DNA of 64,000 nt from Candidatus Cloacimonadales bacterium (GTDB taxonomy: Bacteria; Cloacimonadota; Cloacimonadia; Cloacimonadales; JAIOQZ01): assembly GCA_963662655.2 (NCBI GenBank), contig CAXXTU010000002.1, positions 2,176,001 to 2,240,000 of the forward strand, given 5' to 3'. The notes beneath the pieces are model-generated. The model saw only the letters and a list, made by a program, of their open reading frames with translations, did no database searches and was not told where the DNA came from. A program made the translations under genes and the position numbers. Of this stretch, positions 20,294 through 29,480 are shown one piece after another (positions within the stretch are counted from its first letter, which is position 1; every line of letters starts with the position of its first letter).

Positions 20294-21463
20294 CTACGCT
20301 CCTTTCGCTGCCTGAACCGCTTTCTTTGCGCCGTCGGCAAGGTCGCTCGCGGTGATGATGTTTTCGATGGTCGATGCCTTAAGGATTTCAGCGGCTTCCT
20401 TCGCGTTGGTTCCGTCAAGCCTCACGATGATCGGAACTTTGACTTCCGTCACCTGCGTCGCTTCCAGAATGCCGTTCGCAATGCGGTCACAGCGCACGAT
20501 TCCGCCAAAAATGTTCACGAAGATCGCCTTCACGTTGGGATCGCGCAGAATGATCTCGAAGCCCTTGGCGACCGTCTCCGCGCTGGCTCCGCCGCCAACG
20601 TCCAGGAAGTTCGCCGGTTCGCCGCCGGAGAGTTTTATTATATCCATCGTAGACATCGCCAGCCCCGCGCCGTTGACCATGCAACCGACGTTGCCGTCCA
20701 GCTTGACGTAGCTGAGGCCGTAGTTGCCGGCCTCGGTCTCGGTGGGCTCTTCCTCGTCCAGATCGCGCATCTCCTCGATAGCCGGATGGCGGTAGAGCGC
20801 GTTGTCGTCGAAATTCATCTTTGCGTCGAGCGCGATGAAGCGGTCGTCGCCGGTGAGCACCAGCGGATTGATCTCGATGAGGCTGGCGTCGTTCTCGATG
20901 TAAACCTTGTAAAGCGCTTGCACGAACTTCCCGAAGTCCTTCATCTGCGCGGAGGTAAGGTTCAATCCGAACGCCAGCTCACGCGCGTGGAACGACTGGA
21001 AGCCGGTCAGCGGATCGACTCCGACCTTGATGATCTTCTCGGGCGTCTCGGCAGCAACCTTTTCGATCTCCATTCCGCCTTCAGTCGAGGCAATGAAGAC
21101 CGGCATTTCTCTTGCACGGTCCAGTACCACGCCGAGGTAGTATTCCTTCGCGATATCCGCGGCTGCCTCGATGTAGAGCTTCTTGACCAGCTTGCCCTGC
21201 GGTCCCGTCTGGTGCGTGACCAGCGTCATGCCCAGGATCGCATCCGCGTGCTGTTTCACTTCATCCAGCGTCTTGGCCAGCTTCACGCCGCCGCCTTTAC
21301 CGCGACCACCCGCATGGATCTGCGCTTTGACCACCCATTTCTCACCGCCGATTTCCTTTGCGGCTTCCACCGCTTCATCGACCGTGAACGCTACCTTCCC
21401 CTTGCTCAGGGGAACGCCGTACTTCGCGAAAATCTCTTTCGCCTGATACTCGTGAATGTTCAT
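20294..21463 (-). CDS. sucC: Succinyl-CoA synthetase beta subunit
   Basis: [30 protein letters not shown] and ANFLDVGG motifs. Confidence 0.97.
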   Translation of the reverse strand: MNIHEYQAKEIFAKYGVPLSKGKVAFTVDEAVEAAKEIGGEKWVVKAQIHAGGRGKGGGVKLAKTLDEVKQHADAILGMTLVTHQTGPQGKLVKKLYIEAAADIAKEYYLGVVLDRAREMPVFIASTEGGMEIEKVAAETPEKIIKVGVDPLTGFQSFHARELAFGLNLTSAQMKDFGKFVQALYKVYIENDASLIEINPLVLTGDDRFIALDAKMNFDDNALYRHPAIEEMRDLDEEEPTETEAGNYGLSYVKLDGNVGCMVNGAGLAMSTMDIIKLSGGEPANFLDVGGGASAETVAKGFEIILRDPNVKAIFVNIFGGIVRCDRIANGILEATQVTEVKVPIIVRLDGTNAKEAAEILKASTIENIITASDLADGAKKAVQAAKGA

Positions 21464-21697
21464 AGTGTGTCCTTTCCAACATAGTGTATATGTGCATTAA
21501 TAGTATTGTAGGCATTGATATGTATAATCTTAAATATTTCAGGATGATTCATCTTCAGTAAAACATCCCCCTTTCGCTTCCTTGGAAATTTATTGTTAAA
21601 CGACAGAGTTTTAGCAGGTGTGTCAAGGTTTTTTGGAAGAATCTGGGCTAAAGGCGGAAATCGAACAATTTCAATGTCCGAAAGAACAAGCCGATAT

Positions 21698-21731
21698 AAA
21701 AAAGAGCGAAGCCAGGTATCCGGCTTCGCTC
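21698..21731 (-). terminator. Rho-independent terminator for the GLUG-protein gene
   Basis: GAGCGAAGCC/GGCTTCGCTC stem preceded by A6, which is a U tract on the minus strand. Confidence 0.7.
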
Positions 21732-21776
21732 CATAATTCAGTGCTCAGTTTATCTGAGACTCCGCCTCATCTCACC

Positions 21777-24776
21777 CTAACGAGCAGACTCCGATTCATT
21801 CGCATCGTTGTTCTGAGTGGATATCTGAGGCGGCGCGCCTACGCAGGTCAGCACCTTATAGAACATGCTCGCGTTGGAAAGCGTTACGTTGGCATGTGTG
21901 AAGGTGAGATCGGTCGTAAGGCCGAGGAAGATATAATCATCCGTGGCAGCGTCGGGAATAACGCTGTAGAGCACGATGTAACCGGTGGGCACAATCGAAA
22001 CACCATCGGTATTTTCGGTAACAGGACTCCAGCTCAGATTGACGTCATTACCGCTCTTCTGGATATGAATATTCTGCGGCGCAAGGGGACCCACAGGGAT
22101 ACCGTAACCGGTAAGGGATACCTCGAATATTGCGCTGCTGTAATTGTTGGATTCGATTTGCAGAAGGTCTGTCAATGTACCTGAATTCATGGGCTGAAAC
22201 GACAATGTTATCTCCTGCGATTCGAAAGGCAGGATGCTCAGCGGCGTTTCCGTCTCGATTCCGAAACCTAAACTCCCGTCGGCAAAGCTGAATTGCGTAA
22301 TGACCAATACCGCGTCGCCATCGTTGTGGATCGTCAACGGCATGGTCGAGGCCGCCTGACCGAGATAATGGTTACCGAAATCGATTTCCGGCACCTCGTT
22401 GCGTATCACTGCACGATCGCCAACGACAATCAGATACGGGAAGCTCCCCATGCCCCAGTAATCGTTTGTCCCGTTCCCGGTCTCACCGATAAAATCCCAG
22501 CCAGCGTCCGTAAAGATCGATTGATCACGCATCTGCGCTGTTGTGAGCCCTGTTCCTGGATCGCCTTCTCCGCCAAAACTCCAGCCGCTGGTCTCGGTGT
22601 TCCAGAAGCATGATGTCCAGGAGTCGGAACTCGCGTAACCCGTCAATCCACCGGGGCTGTTCTGCCCGGTTACATAGCCACTTGAAAAACATCTGGTAAC
22701 GCCGTCCGGGATCGAACTTGCGCTATACCCAATCAATCCCCCGGCGTAATTGGTGCCAGTTACATCTCCGGTCACGAAGCAATCGGAGACACATAAGCTC
22801 GATTCACTCACGTGATATCCGATCAATCCGCCCACATCCTCATAGCCGCTCACGTCGGCTGTTGAAAAGCACAGGTAAACCCGGTTATTGTTGTAGCCAA
22901 CCACGCCACCAACATCTCTATGACCGGAAACGCTTCCTGCCGAATTGCAATACCGCACCTCGCTGTCAAATGACCTTCCGACAATCCCGCCTGTTGAATT
23001 CAGGCCATGCACGACTCCGTTGAATCGGCAATGATCGACGGTTCCGTTGTACAAGTAGCTTACCATGCCACCGACGGTAATATAGGAAGAATAGACTGTT
23101 CCCGAAGCAGAGCAATCGGTGATTATCGAAAAGCCACACTGGCTTGCCAAAGCGCTTGTATTGGCATTTCCTCGTACATATACATCAGGCAGATTTACGC
23201 GGCTTATCTCCGCGTAGTAGGTCATACCAAACAAGCCCTGGTAATACGATGTGGGACGATTGATATACAGATTGCTGATCGAATAGCCCTGCCCATCGAA
23301 ATTGCCACTGAAACTCGTATCCGTATTGCCGATCGGCATCCATCCGGTGTTTTCGTTCCAGGTCGCGGTTTCGGAAGCGTCGATATCAGCGGTCTGAATG
23401 AACCATTTATTCCAGAGAACCGGTAAGCTCTGCAACCACTTCAGCTTGGAGAGGTTGTCGATCTGAAACGGATCAACTCCGGTTCCTGCTCCCAACACCG
23501 GCGCACCGTATGCCAGATATTGACATTCTCCCGTGATGACAATCTCGACGGGCTCCAGTGGAGCTACCCAGGAGACGACCAGCGTATCGCAGAAATCGAC
23601 ACCGTCGCTCGGATCAAAGTATATATTGAAGTTATATGATTCGCCAGTTGCGATCGCGATAGGAAAATCCTGCCCGGCGATGGTGAAACCCTGGCTGCCG
23701 CTTTGTAAAATCATGTTGTCCACAGAAAGGCCAGCCGGCCAGTTGTTGGTGATCGATACCATCAAAGTATCGACTTCACCAAATGCTACAGCGCCGAAAT
23801 CCACGGAACTGGGATTGAAGGTATAGAAATCCGGAATGATCGGCCAGTTCAGGAAGGGATAGCCATCGTTGGTCGCGCTTTCCATCGCCCAGTGATTCAC
23901 GAAATCCCAGCCGGCATTGACGAAGGTCGAATCCGCCTGCATTTGTTCCGTGGTCAACCCTGTACCGCCGCTACTCGCGGCCTGACCGCTGGTCTCGGTA
24001 TTCCAGAAGCATCCGGTGGCAGTCCCGGAATTTGATCCCGTGAGGCCGCCCGTGCTCGATGAACCCGTAACATGACCGGTCGAATAGCAGTTGAGAATCG
24101 TTCCCTCCTGTCTTCCGACACATCCGCCAACAGCGCTATAGCCCCTGACGTTTCCCCGGGCATAGCTGTCACTGACCGTTCCCGAGTTTTGGCCAACAAG
24201 GCCACCAACATACCTTTCCCCATCGACGAAAGCATTGGAGAAGCAATCGGTCATTGAGTAATCGGACAAAAAGGATCCTGCCAGCCCACCGACAAAGGAA
24301 TCACCCTGCACGACACCTTCAGTATGGCAGTTGCGAATAGTTGAATTGCAATAGCCTGTAAGAATCCCAATCCTATCCTCTCCGCTGATTATAGCGTCGA
24401 CCAGATTCAGATCTGATATCTCGGCAAACATCGTAAAGCCGATGAAGCCCTGATTGTTACTTTCCGGACGATGGATATACAACCCGGTAATCGTGTGCCC
24501 CTGTCCGAGGTAGTGCCCATAGAAATAATACGTGGAGTTGCCGATCGGACTCCAGCCCTGGCCGTTGTTCCACGTCGAAGTAGCGCTGGCGTCGATGTCG
24601 GCTACCTGGATATACCAGCGTCCCCACTGATACTGGTTTTCGCTCATCCACTGGAGGTTGCCCAGTGAAGAGATTTGATAAGGATTGGATTCGGTTCCAA
24701 CACCATATGGCGGAATCGCCGTTGCACTCGCGGCAACGATAATGGCAAGATACACAAGAGTTAATGTGACCCTCAT
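21777..24776 (-). CDS. Secreted GLUG-repeat protein with two Ig-like (ASH/choice-of-anchor D-like) domains and an FN3-like C-terminal domain
   Basis: Signal peptide, then two modules 'G.GT..PYQI..L..L' with VGGL.G repeats, each followed by a 'DFG' Ig domain. C-terminus 'APQNIHI...VNLSWSPV...FYKV'. Confidence 0.85.
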   Translation of the reverse strand: MRVTLTLVYLAIIVAASATAIPPYGVGTESNPYQISSLGNLQWMSENQYQWGRWYIQVADIDASATSTWNNGQGWSPIGNSTYYFYGHYLGQGHTITGLYIHRPESNNQGFIGFTMFAEISDLNLVDAIISGEDRIGILTGYCNSTIRNCHTEGVVQGDSFVGGLAGSFLSDYSMTDCFSNAFVDGERYVGGLVGQNSGTVSDSYARGNVRGYSAVGGCVGRQEGTILNCYSTGHVTGSSSTGGLTGSNSGTATGCFWNTETSGQAASSGGTGLTTEQMQADSTFVNAGWDFVNHWAMESATNDGYPFLNWPIIPDFYTFNPSSVDFGAVAFGEVDTLMVSITNNWPAGLSVDNMILQSGSQGFTIAGQDFPIAIATGESYNFNIYFDPSDGVDFCDTLVVSWVAPLEPVEIVITGECQYLAYGAPVLGAGTGVDPFQIDNLSKLKWLQSLPVLWNKWFIQTADIDASETATWNENTGWMPIGNTDTSFSGNFDGQGYSISNLYINRPTSYYQGLFGMTYYAEISRVNLPDVYVRGNANTSALASQCGFSIITDCSASGTVYSSYITVGGMVSYLYNGTVDHCRFNGVVHGLNSTGGIVGRSFDSEVRYCNSAGSVSGHRDVGGVVGYNNNRVYLCFSTADVSGYEDVGGLIGYHVSESSLCVSDCFVTGDVTGTNYAGGLIGYSASSIPDGVTRCFSSGYVTGQNSPGGLTGYASSDSWTSCFWNTETSGWSFGGEGDPGTGLTTAQMRDQSIFTDAGWDFIGETGNGTNDYWGMGSFPYLIVVGDRAVIRNEVPEIDFGNHYLGQAASTMPLTIHNDGDAVLVITQFSFADGSLGFGIETETPLSILPFESQEITLSFQPMNSGTLTDLLQIESNNYSSAIFEVSLTGYGIPVGPLAPQNIHIQKSGNDVNLSWSPVTENTDGVSIVPTGYIVLYSVIPDAATDDYIFLGLTTDLTFTHANVTLSNASMFYKVLTCVGAPPQISTQNNDANESESAR

Positions 24777-24917
24777 TCTTACTCCATAATTTTTTTATTC
24801 AAATCGGTGCGAACAAGAATTAAAGTGTCAAATAAATCATGACGATTGTATTAATATTCTTTATGAACGCAATTCACATATTAACAAAACCCGTTCTGCA
24901 GGCTCGTCGAGGTCACA

Positions 24918-25532
24918 TCATCGCTTGCCTTTCCACGCCTCATTAACGACCGGATTCTTCTCGAAGAATTTCCGACGAATCTCACGATCCACTCGATTGA
25001 GCGGACAGGCGAAGTTCATGCAGCGGTTGCAAAAATAGTTTCGCAACATGAGAATTGCAAAGATCAACGCCAGCGCGTATCCGACAACCCAGTAGTTACC
25101 GTGGGCGCGCAAACCCAGCACGACTGGAAAGAATACGATAACAAAGAATCCCAGGAAGAAGAAGAATTTCTCCGTCATACTCATCGGCCCCGGGCGATAC
25201 TTCCACTTCTTCGGGGAACCATAGTTCGCCCAGCACTTGAGAGATTTAAGTCCCGGCTCCGCGTAGTGCGGACAGTGGGAGCACATCACCCGGATCTCCA
25301 CGAAACCGAAGAAGATCACGCAGAGCCCAAGCCAGGAGATCAGGTTGATGGGATTGTTCAGCACAATCAGGACGATACCGAGCGTAAATGCCGGCAGCAT
25401 CGCGAGAAGGAACCGGGCGAGTTGTTTTCCAGTGAAATGGCATACGACCTTTCCCGGCATATCGCAGCCGTCGCAGCTCGTTTCTTTGCAGGTTGAAAGC
25501 GGCTTCTTCGGATCTAGAAATTTTTCGGGCAT
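24918..25532 (-). CDS. Cys-rich 4-TM membrane protein
   Basis: AAGGAG RBS before MPEKF. Cys clusters C..C..C, CSHCPHY..C and CNRCMNFACPLN flank two TM hairpins. Confidence 0.7.
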   Translation of the reverse strand: MPEKFLDPKKPLSTCKETSCDGCDMPGKVVCHFTGKQLARFLLAMLPAFTLGIVLIVLNNPINLISWLGLCVIFFGFVEIRVMCSHCPHYAEPGLKSLKCWANYGSPKKWKYRPGPMSMTEKFFFFLGFFVIVFFPVVLGLRAHGNYWVVGYALALIFAILMLRNYFCNRCMNFACPLNRVDREIRRKFFEKNPVVNEAWKGKR

Positions 25533-25725
25533 GGCGTTCTCCTTGTTCCTGCGGTGGCAGGGCCCAGTCAATATTCTTAATCACAATGATGCCAGAGAAT
25601 TCTGCATTGTGTCAACTGAAAAAGCGTCCCACCTTATTATCTTTTCATTTGACATCAACACTCGGCACCGTAATTTTTCTGTAATTCACAAATCAAGATG
25701 AACATTATACACGAAAGGATATCCC

Positions 25726-26496
25726 ATGAAAACAAGATTTCTGTTAATCGCCGTACTTGCAGCGCTCCTTCTTGCAGGCTGTACTCCTCGTGAGAAATAC
25801 GACAACCTCCAGCAACTCGCGGAGAAAGAGTTTGCCGTCCCCAACGGAACCATCGCCGATCAACTGGTGCTCACGAAATTCCCGAACGCCACGTTCAAGT
25901 ACTTCAATACGGTGCTGGATTGCTCTATGGCCGTCAAGACCGGCAAGGCGGACGCCGTTGCCTACGATGAACCGCTGCTTCGCAACATTGCCGCGAACAT
26001 CCCGGGACTCAAGGTTCTTCCGGACATGATCACGATCGACCACTACGGGTTTGCAGTGCGTCTGGGCGAAGACGTCCTCAAGCAGGGAATCGACGAGGTG
26101 CTGGACGAGATCAACGCCAACGGTTACTACGACGGCATGATGAAACGCTGGTTGCCGGAAGAAGGTAAACCCGCGCCCATGCCGGAGATCGCGCTGGAGG
26201 ACAGCGACGACGTTCTCGTGTTTGGGACTTCAGCCACCACGGAGCCGTTCTCCTTTGTGACCGACGGGCAGAACATCGTGGGCATCGATATCGAGATTGC
26301 GAAGCTGGTGGCAAAGCACATGAACAAGAAGCTGGATATTGTGAACATGGATTTCAGCGCGCTCATTCCTGCGCTGGCAGCGGGTAAGGTCGATATGATC
26401 GGCGCGTGTATCACCATCTCCGAGGAGCGCAAGCAGAAGGTTCTTTTCTCCAAGCCGTACTACACCGGTGGCATCGCCGCGCTGGTGCAAGAGTAA
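25726..26496 (+). CDS. Polar amino-acid ABC transporter substrate-binding lipoprotein (SBP family 3), circularly permuted
   Basis: Lipobox LAGC. Contains 'GTSA..EPFSF', 'GIDIEIA', 'FSALIPAL..GKVD' and 'ITISEER...FSKPY' in the C-terminal half. Confidence 0.88.
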   Translation: MKTRFLLIAVLAALLLAGCTPREKYDNLQQLAEKEFAVPNGTIADQLVLTKFPNATFKYFNTVLDCSMAVKTGKADAVAYDEPLLRNIAANIPGLKVLPDMITIDHYGFAVRLGEDVLKQGIDEVLDEINANGYYDGMMKRWLPEEGKPAPMPEIALEDSDDVLVFGTSATTEPFSFVTDGQNIVGIDIEIAKLVAKHMNKKLDIVNMDFSALIPALAAGKVDMIGACITISEERKQKVLFSKPYYTGGIAALVQE

Positions 26497-26518
26497 TCGA
26501 TTTTCGCATCAAGCTTTG

Positions 26519-26543
26519 AACGCCGGCCCAAGTCGGCGTTTTA
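26519..26543 (+). terminator. Probable rho-independent terminator
   Basis: AACGCCGGC-ccaa-GTCGGCGTT followed by T's. Confidence 0.55.
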
Positions 26544-26645
26544 TATTACCAAGAAAAATGCAGACTGCTGATAGCAAGGCTATCGCCTACCCGGCGAATA
26601 GGTATGGCGGGGTGGTATATTGATTATCGCATATCCTGTTATGAA

Positions 26646-27584
26646 TTAGTTGAAGGAAGTCAGCTTGCCATTCTTGAAATATAAATATGTATTGCCATAC
26701 ACCCACTGATCGCCATAAGATGCACGGTTTATTTTCTTCGGTTCTCCCCACGACATTTTCGTCATTTCCTCAGTAAAACCTATTGCTACTAAATCTTGCA
26801 AGATTTTCTTCCACGATTCAACACCAAACTTGTTTATGTAAAATATCGAATCATCAATTGTGTATCCTCTTTGCCAATTGCTTTCTCCATTTAGAAACTC
26901 AATGGGAATTGCTATCTTTGTGCTATCACAAACCAATATTGCTGAACATTCAAAATCATCTTTTGTCACAGTGACATCAATACATTCCCAGACCGAAAGT
27001 TCAACATAGTCAACTGGCTTGCCTGAAACAATATCTTTAGTGTTATTCAACGCTTTTTTTCGAAGAACGTAGCATTCTCCTATCATGCAACTCCGCATTT
27101 TCTCATAGTACTCAACCGTAAGAAATGGGAAAGAATGCTTGTACTTATGGCTATATCGAAAGTATACAATTACTTTATCATTACCTGCATGGACTAATTT
27201 CAAAATTGATTCATCTGAATTGATAGGATATACCTCTTCAACAATGAAATATTGATCTACCAATGCTTCGTAGCGGGTATTAAATTGAGAATCACCCTTT
27301 CCTCTCATAAATACGGAATTATGCTTTCGATTCTTTGCGCCTTTATTATTCTTATAGAATCCATCATATCCATATTTCTGCAAACTCTCGCTTCTTCCAA
27401 GTACAAATAATTTCTTTCCTATATATTGTTGGACATCATTTCCTAGAAAATTTCTTGTACTATCATACGGAGCTACTTCCTCAATCGCAGGCTCAGCAAC
27501 TTCGGTGAGTGTTATTTGAGAATATAAATGCACTGAAGACATGAAAAGAATCATTAGGAATATGCATCGATTTCCTATTGTCAT
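26646..27584 (-). CDS. Exported hypothetical protein with a C-terminal SmpA/BamE-like (BLIP-type) domain; AT-rich
   Basis: Signal peptide and C-terminal 'IGFTEEMTKMSWGEP..IN...QWVY..YLYFKNGKL'. GGAG RBS and TTGACA-17-AATAAT promoter. Confidence 0.7.
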   Translation of the reverse strand: MTIGNRCIFLMILFMSSVHLYSQITLTEVAEPAIEEVAPYDSTRNFLGNDVQQYIGKKLFVLGRSESLQKYGYDGFYKNNKGAKNRKHNSVFMRGKGDSQFNTRYEALVDQYFIVEEVYPINSDESILKLVHAGNDKVIVYFRYSHKYKHSFPFLTVEYYEKMRSCMIGECYVLRKKALNNTKDIVSGKPVDYVELSVWECIDVTVTKDDFECSAILVCDSTKIAIPIEFLNGESNWQRGYTIDDSIFYINKFGVESWKKILQDLVAIGFTEEMTKMSWGEPKKINRASYGDQWVYGNTYLYFKNGKLTSFN

Positions 27585-27719
27585 AGCGATCTCCCGATAA
27601 GTCATTGAGATATAAAAACAAACATATACAAAATTATTTACTGACTCGTCGAGATGTCAACATAAATCCCCCTCCACATACCTGCAGAGGGGGAACAAAA
27701 TCTATCCTGATTAACTACC

Positions 27720-28631
27720 CTACTTCTTCACGCTCTCGAAGGCGGTCTTGACCACGGAAGTTACCGAAGCGATGTCGGTGACGTTGGTGGGGATGATGAG
27801 CGTGTTGTTTTCCTTGGCGAGCTTGGCAAACGACTGGATCCAGTCCTGTGCAATACTGAGTTGCACGGCCTGCTGTCCGCCCGGCTCGTTGATGGCGGCA
27901 GCGATTTCGCGGATACTCATCGCGGTGGCTTTGGCGACGGCTTCGATGGCGAATGCCTCACCCGTTGCCTCGTTCTCGCGTTTCAAACGCTCGCCCTCGG
28001 ACTGCTTGATGGCTTCCTGCTTGTTACCCTCGGCGCGATTGATCCTGGCCAGCTTGTCACCTTCCGAGAGGTAAATCTGCTCGCGCTTCTCGCGCTCGGC
28101 GCGCATCTGCTTCTCCATGGCGTCGATGATGGTCGGCGGCGGCGTGATGTTCTTGATCTCGTAGCGCGTAACCTTGATGCCCCACGGGTCGGACGCCTCG
28201 TCGATGGCCAGCACGATGGCGGCATTGATCACATCGCGTGATTCGAAAGTGACGTCGAGGTCCAGCTTACCGATCTCCGAACGCATGGTGGTCTGCGCGA
28301 GCTGGATAATGGCATAACGGTAGTCGTTGATACCGTAGGCCGATTTGATCGGGTCCACGATCTTCACGTACAGCACCCCGTCGATCTCGATGGATATATT
28401 GTCCTTGGTGATACAAACCTGAGGCGGAACATCGATGGCGGTTTCCTTCAGAGAGAATTTGTAGGACACCTTGTCGATGAACGGAGCAAGGATGTGGAAG
28501 CCGGCTTCCAGCGTTTGCGAGTATTTTCCCAGCCGCTCCACGATATACGCGTGCTGGTTCGGCACGATGCGGATGGTCTTGAAAAAGGTTATGATTACCA
28601 GCACACCGATGATGATTAATGCGTATGACAT
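27720..28631 (-). CDS. SPFH/band-7 (QmcA/paraslipin-like) protein
   Basis: 'IVERLGKY', 'ITKDN', 'QTTMRSEIG', 'WGIKVTRYEI' and 'MEKQMRAER' motifs. Confidence 0.92.
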   Translation of the reverse strand: MSYALIIIGVLVIITFFKTIRIVPNQHAYIVERLGKYSQTLEAGFHILAPFIDKVSYKFSLKETAIDVPPQVCITKDNISIEIDGVLYVKIVDPIKSAYGINDYRYAIIQLAQTTMRSEIGKLDLDVTFESRDVINAAIVLAIDEASDPWGIKVTRYEIKNITPPPTIIDAMEKQMRAEREKREQIYLSEGDKLARINRAEGNKQEAIKQSEGERLKRENEATGEAFAIEAVAKATAMSIREIAAAINEPGGQQAVQLSIAQDWIQSFAKLAKENNTLIIPTNVTDIASVTSVVKTAFESVKK

Positions 28632-28639
28632 GATTCCTC

Positions 28640-29092
28640 CTACGATTCGATCTTCTCGACCTTGATGGTTATGTTCTGGCGACCGACGATCTTCACCGAT
28701 TCGCCCTCGGGAATCACCTCGTCTGCCGTCGCGCTCCAGAGCGTTCCCTGATACTTGATCTTGCCTGTGCTCTTGTGCGGGTCAATCGTCTGCACGACCG
28801 GCACGACCTTCCCGACATCCAGATTGAACTCGTTCACCGAGTCGCCTTCCTTCTTCCCCATGAAAACCTTCTTCACATAACGGCGCAGCAAGAATAGCGA
28901 CGCCAGCGACGCCACGATGAATACGGCCACCTGCCAGTTGAAACCGGTAGTCAGGCCGATACCGGTTGTTAACGCGGTTATCATGGCCCCAATGCCGAAA
29001 AACGCGATGACCAGTCCCGGAATGATGAACTCCAGCGCTACGAATAAAATGCCGATGATCAGCCATATCAATGCCGGTGATAATCCAAACAT
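28640..29092 (-). CDS. NfeD family membrane protein
   Basis: 'WLIIG..LE.IIPG' TM region and OB-fold 'GKIKYQGTLWSA'. Canonical partner of the downstream SPFH gene. Confidence 0.9.
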   Translation of the reverse strand: MFGLSPALIWLIIGILFVALEFIIPGLVIAFFGIGAMITALTTGIGLTTGFNWQVAVFIVASLASLFLLRRYVKKVFMGKKEGDSVNEFNLDVGKVVPVVQTIDPHKSTGKIKYQGTLWSATADEVIPEGESVKIVGRQNITIKVEKIES

Positions 29093-29406
29093 AGTCCCTC
29101 CACTGAGTGTTTTATCTTAGTAAGGAAGTTCTGCGGGAGTTCGTCAATCTTTTTTTATCTTTCGATGAATCGTAATCATTTGAAATCGCCAATTCCCGGA
29201 GGCAGATTCGTTCGATCCCCACGGAGGCGTGGTGTTTCACACCCAATTTTCCTCTTTGAAGTAATCAATTCCAGGTTTTGCGAAGCGATAACCTGGAATC
29301 CACCAATGAAATCATGTTCGTGGATAATTGGGTGTGGTATATCCACGATGAAGTGGGAGATCGGGCGAAGATGCCCCGGGGCTGAAAATGTGGTAAACGC
29401 TTCTCT

Positions 29407-29445
29407 CCCCTCTCTTGAAACCAAGAGAGGGGCCAGGGGTGAGTT
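29407..29445. repeat. REP-like palindrome (CCCCTCTC...GAGAGGGG...GGGGTGAG type)
   Basis: 11-bp stem CCCCTCTCTTG-aaac-CAAGAGAGGGG followed by CCAGGGGTGAGTT, just downstream of the antiporter gene. Confidence 0.5.
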
Positions 29446-29480
29446 TCATTCCATCCTGTAAATCCTAATTCTGACTATCC

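Noticed and set aside
20293..20418. N-terminal extensions of sucD (and of the methyltransferase to 18625) in the ORF track
   Set aside because: They overlap the upstream genes; conserved or coupled starts lie at 20292 and 18553.
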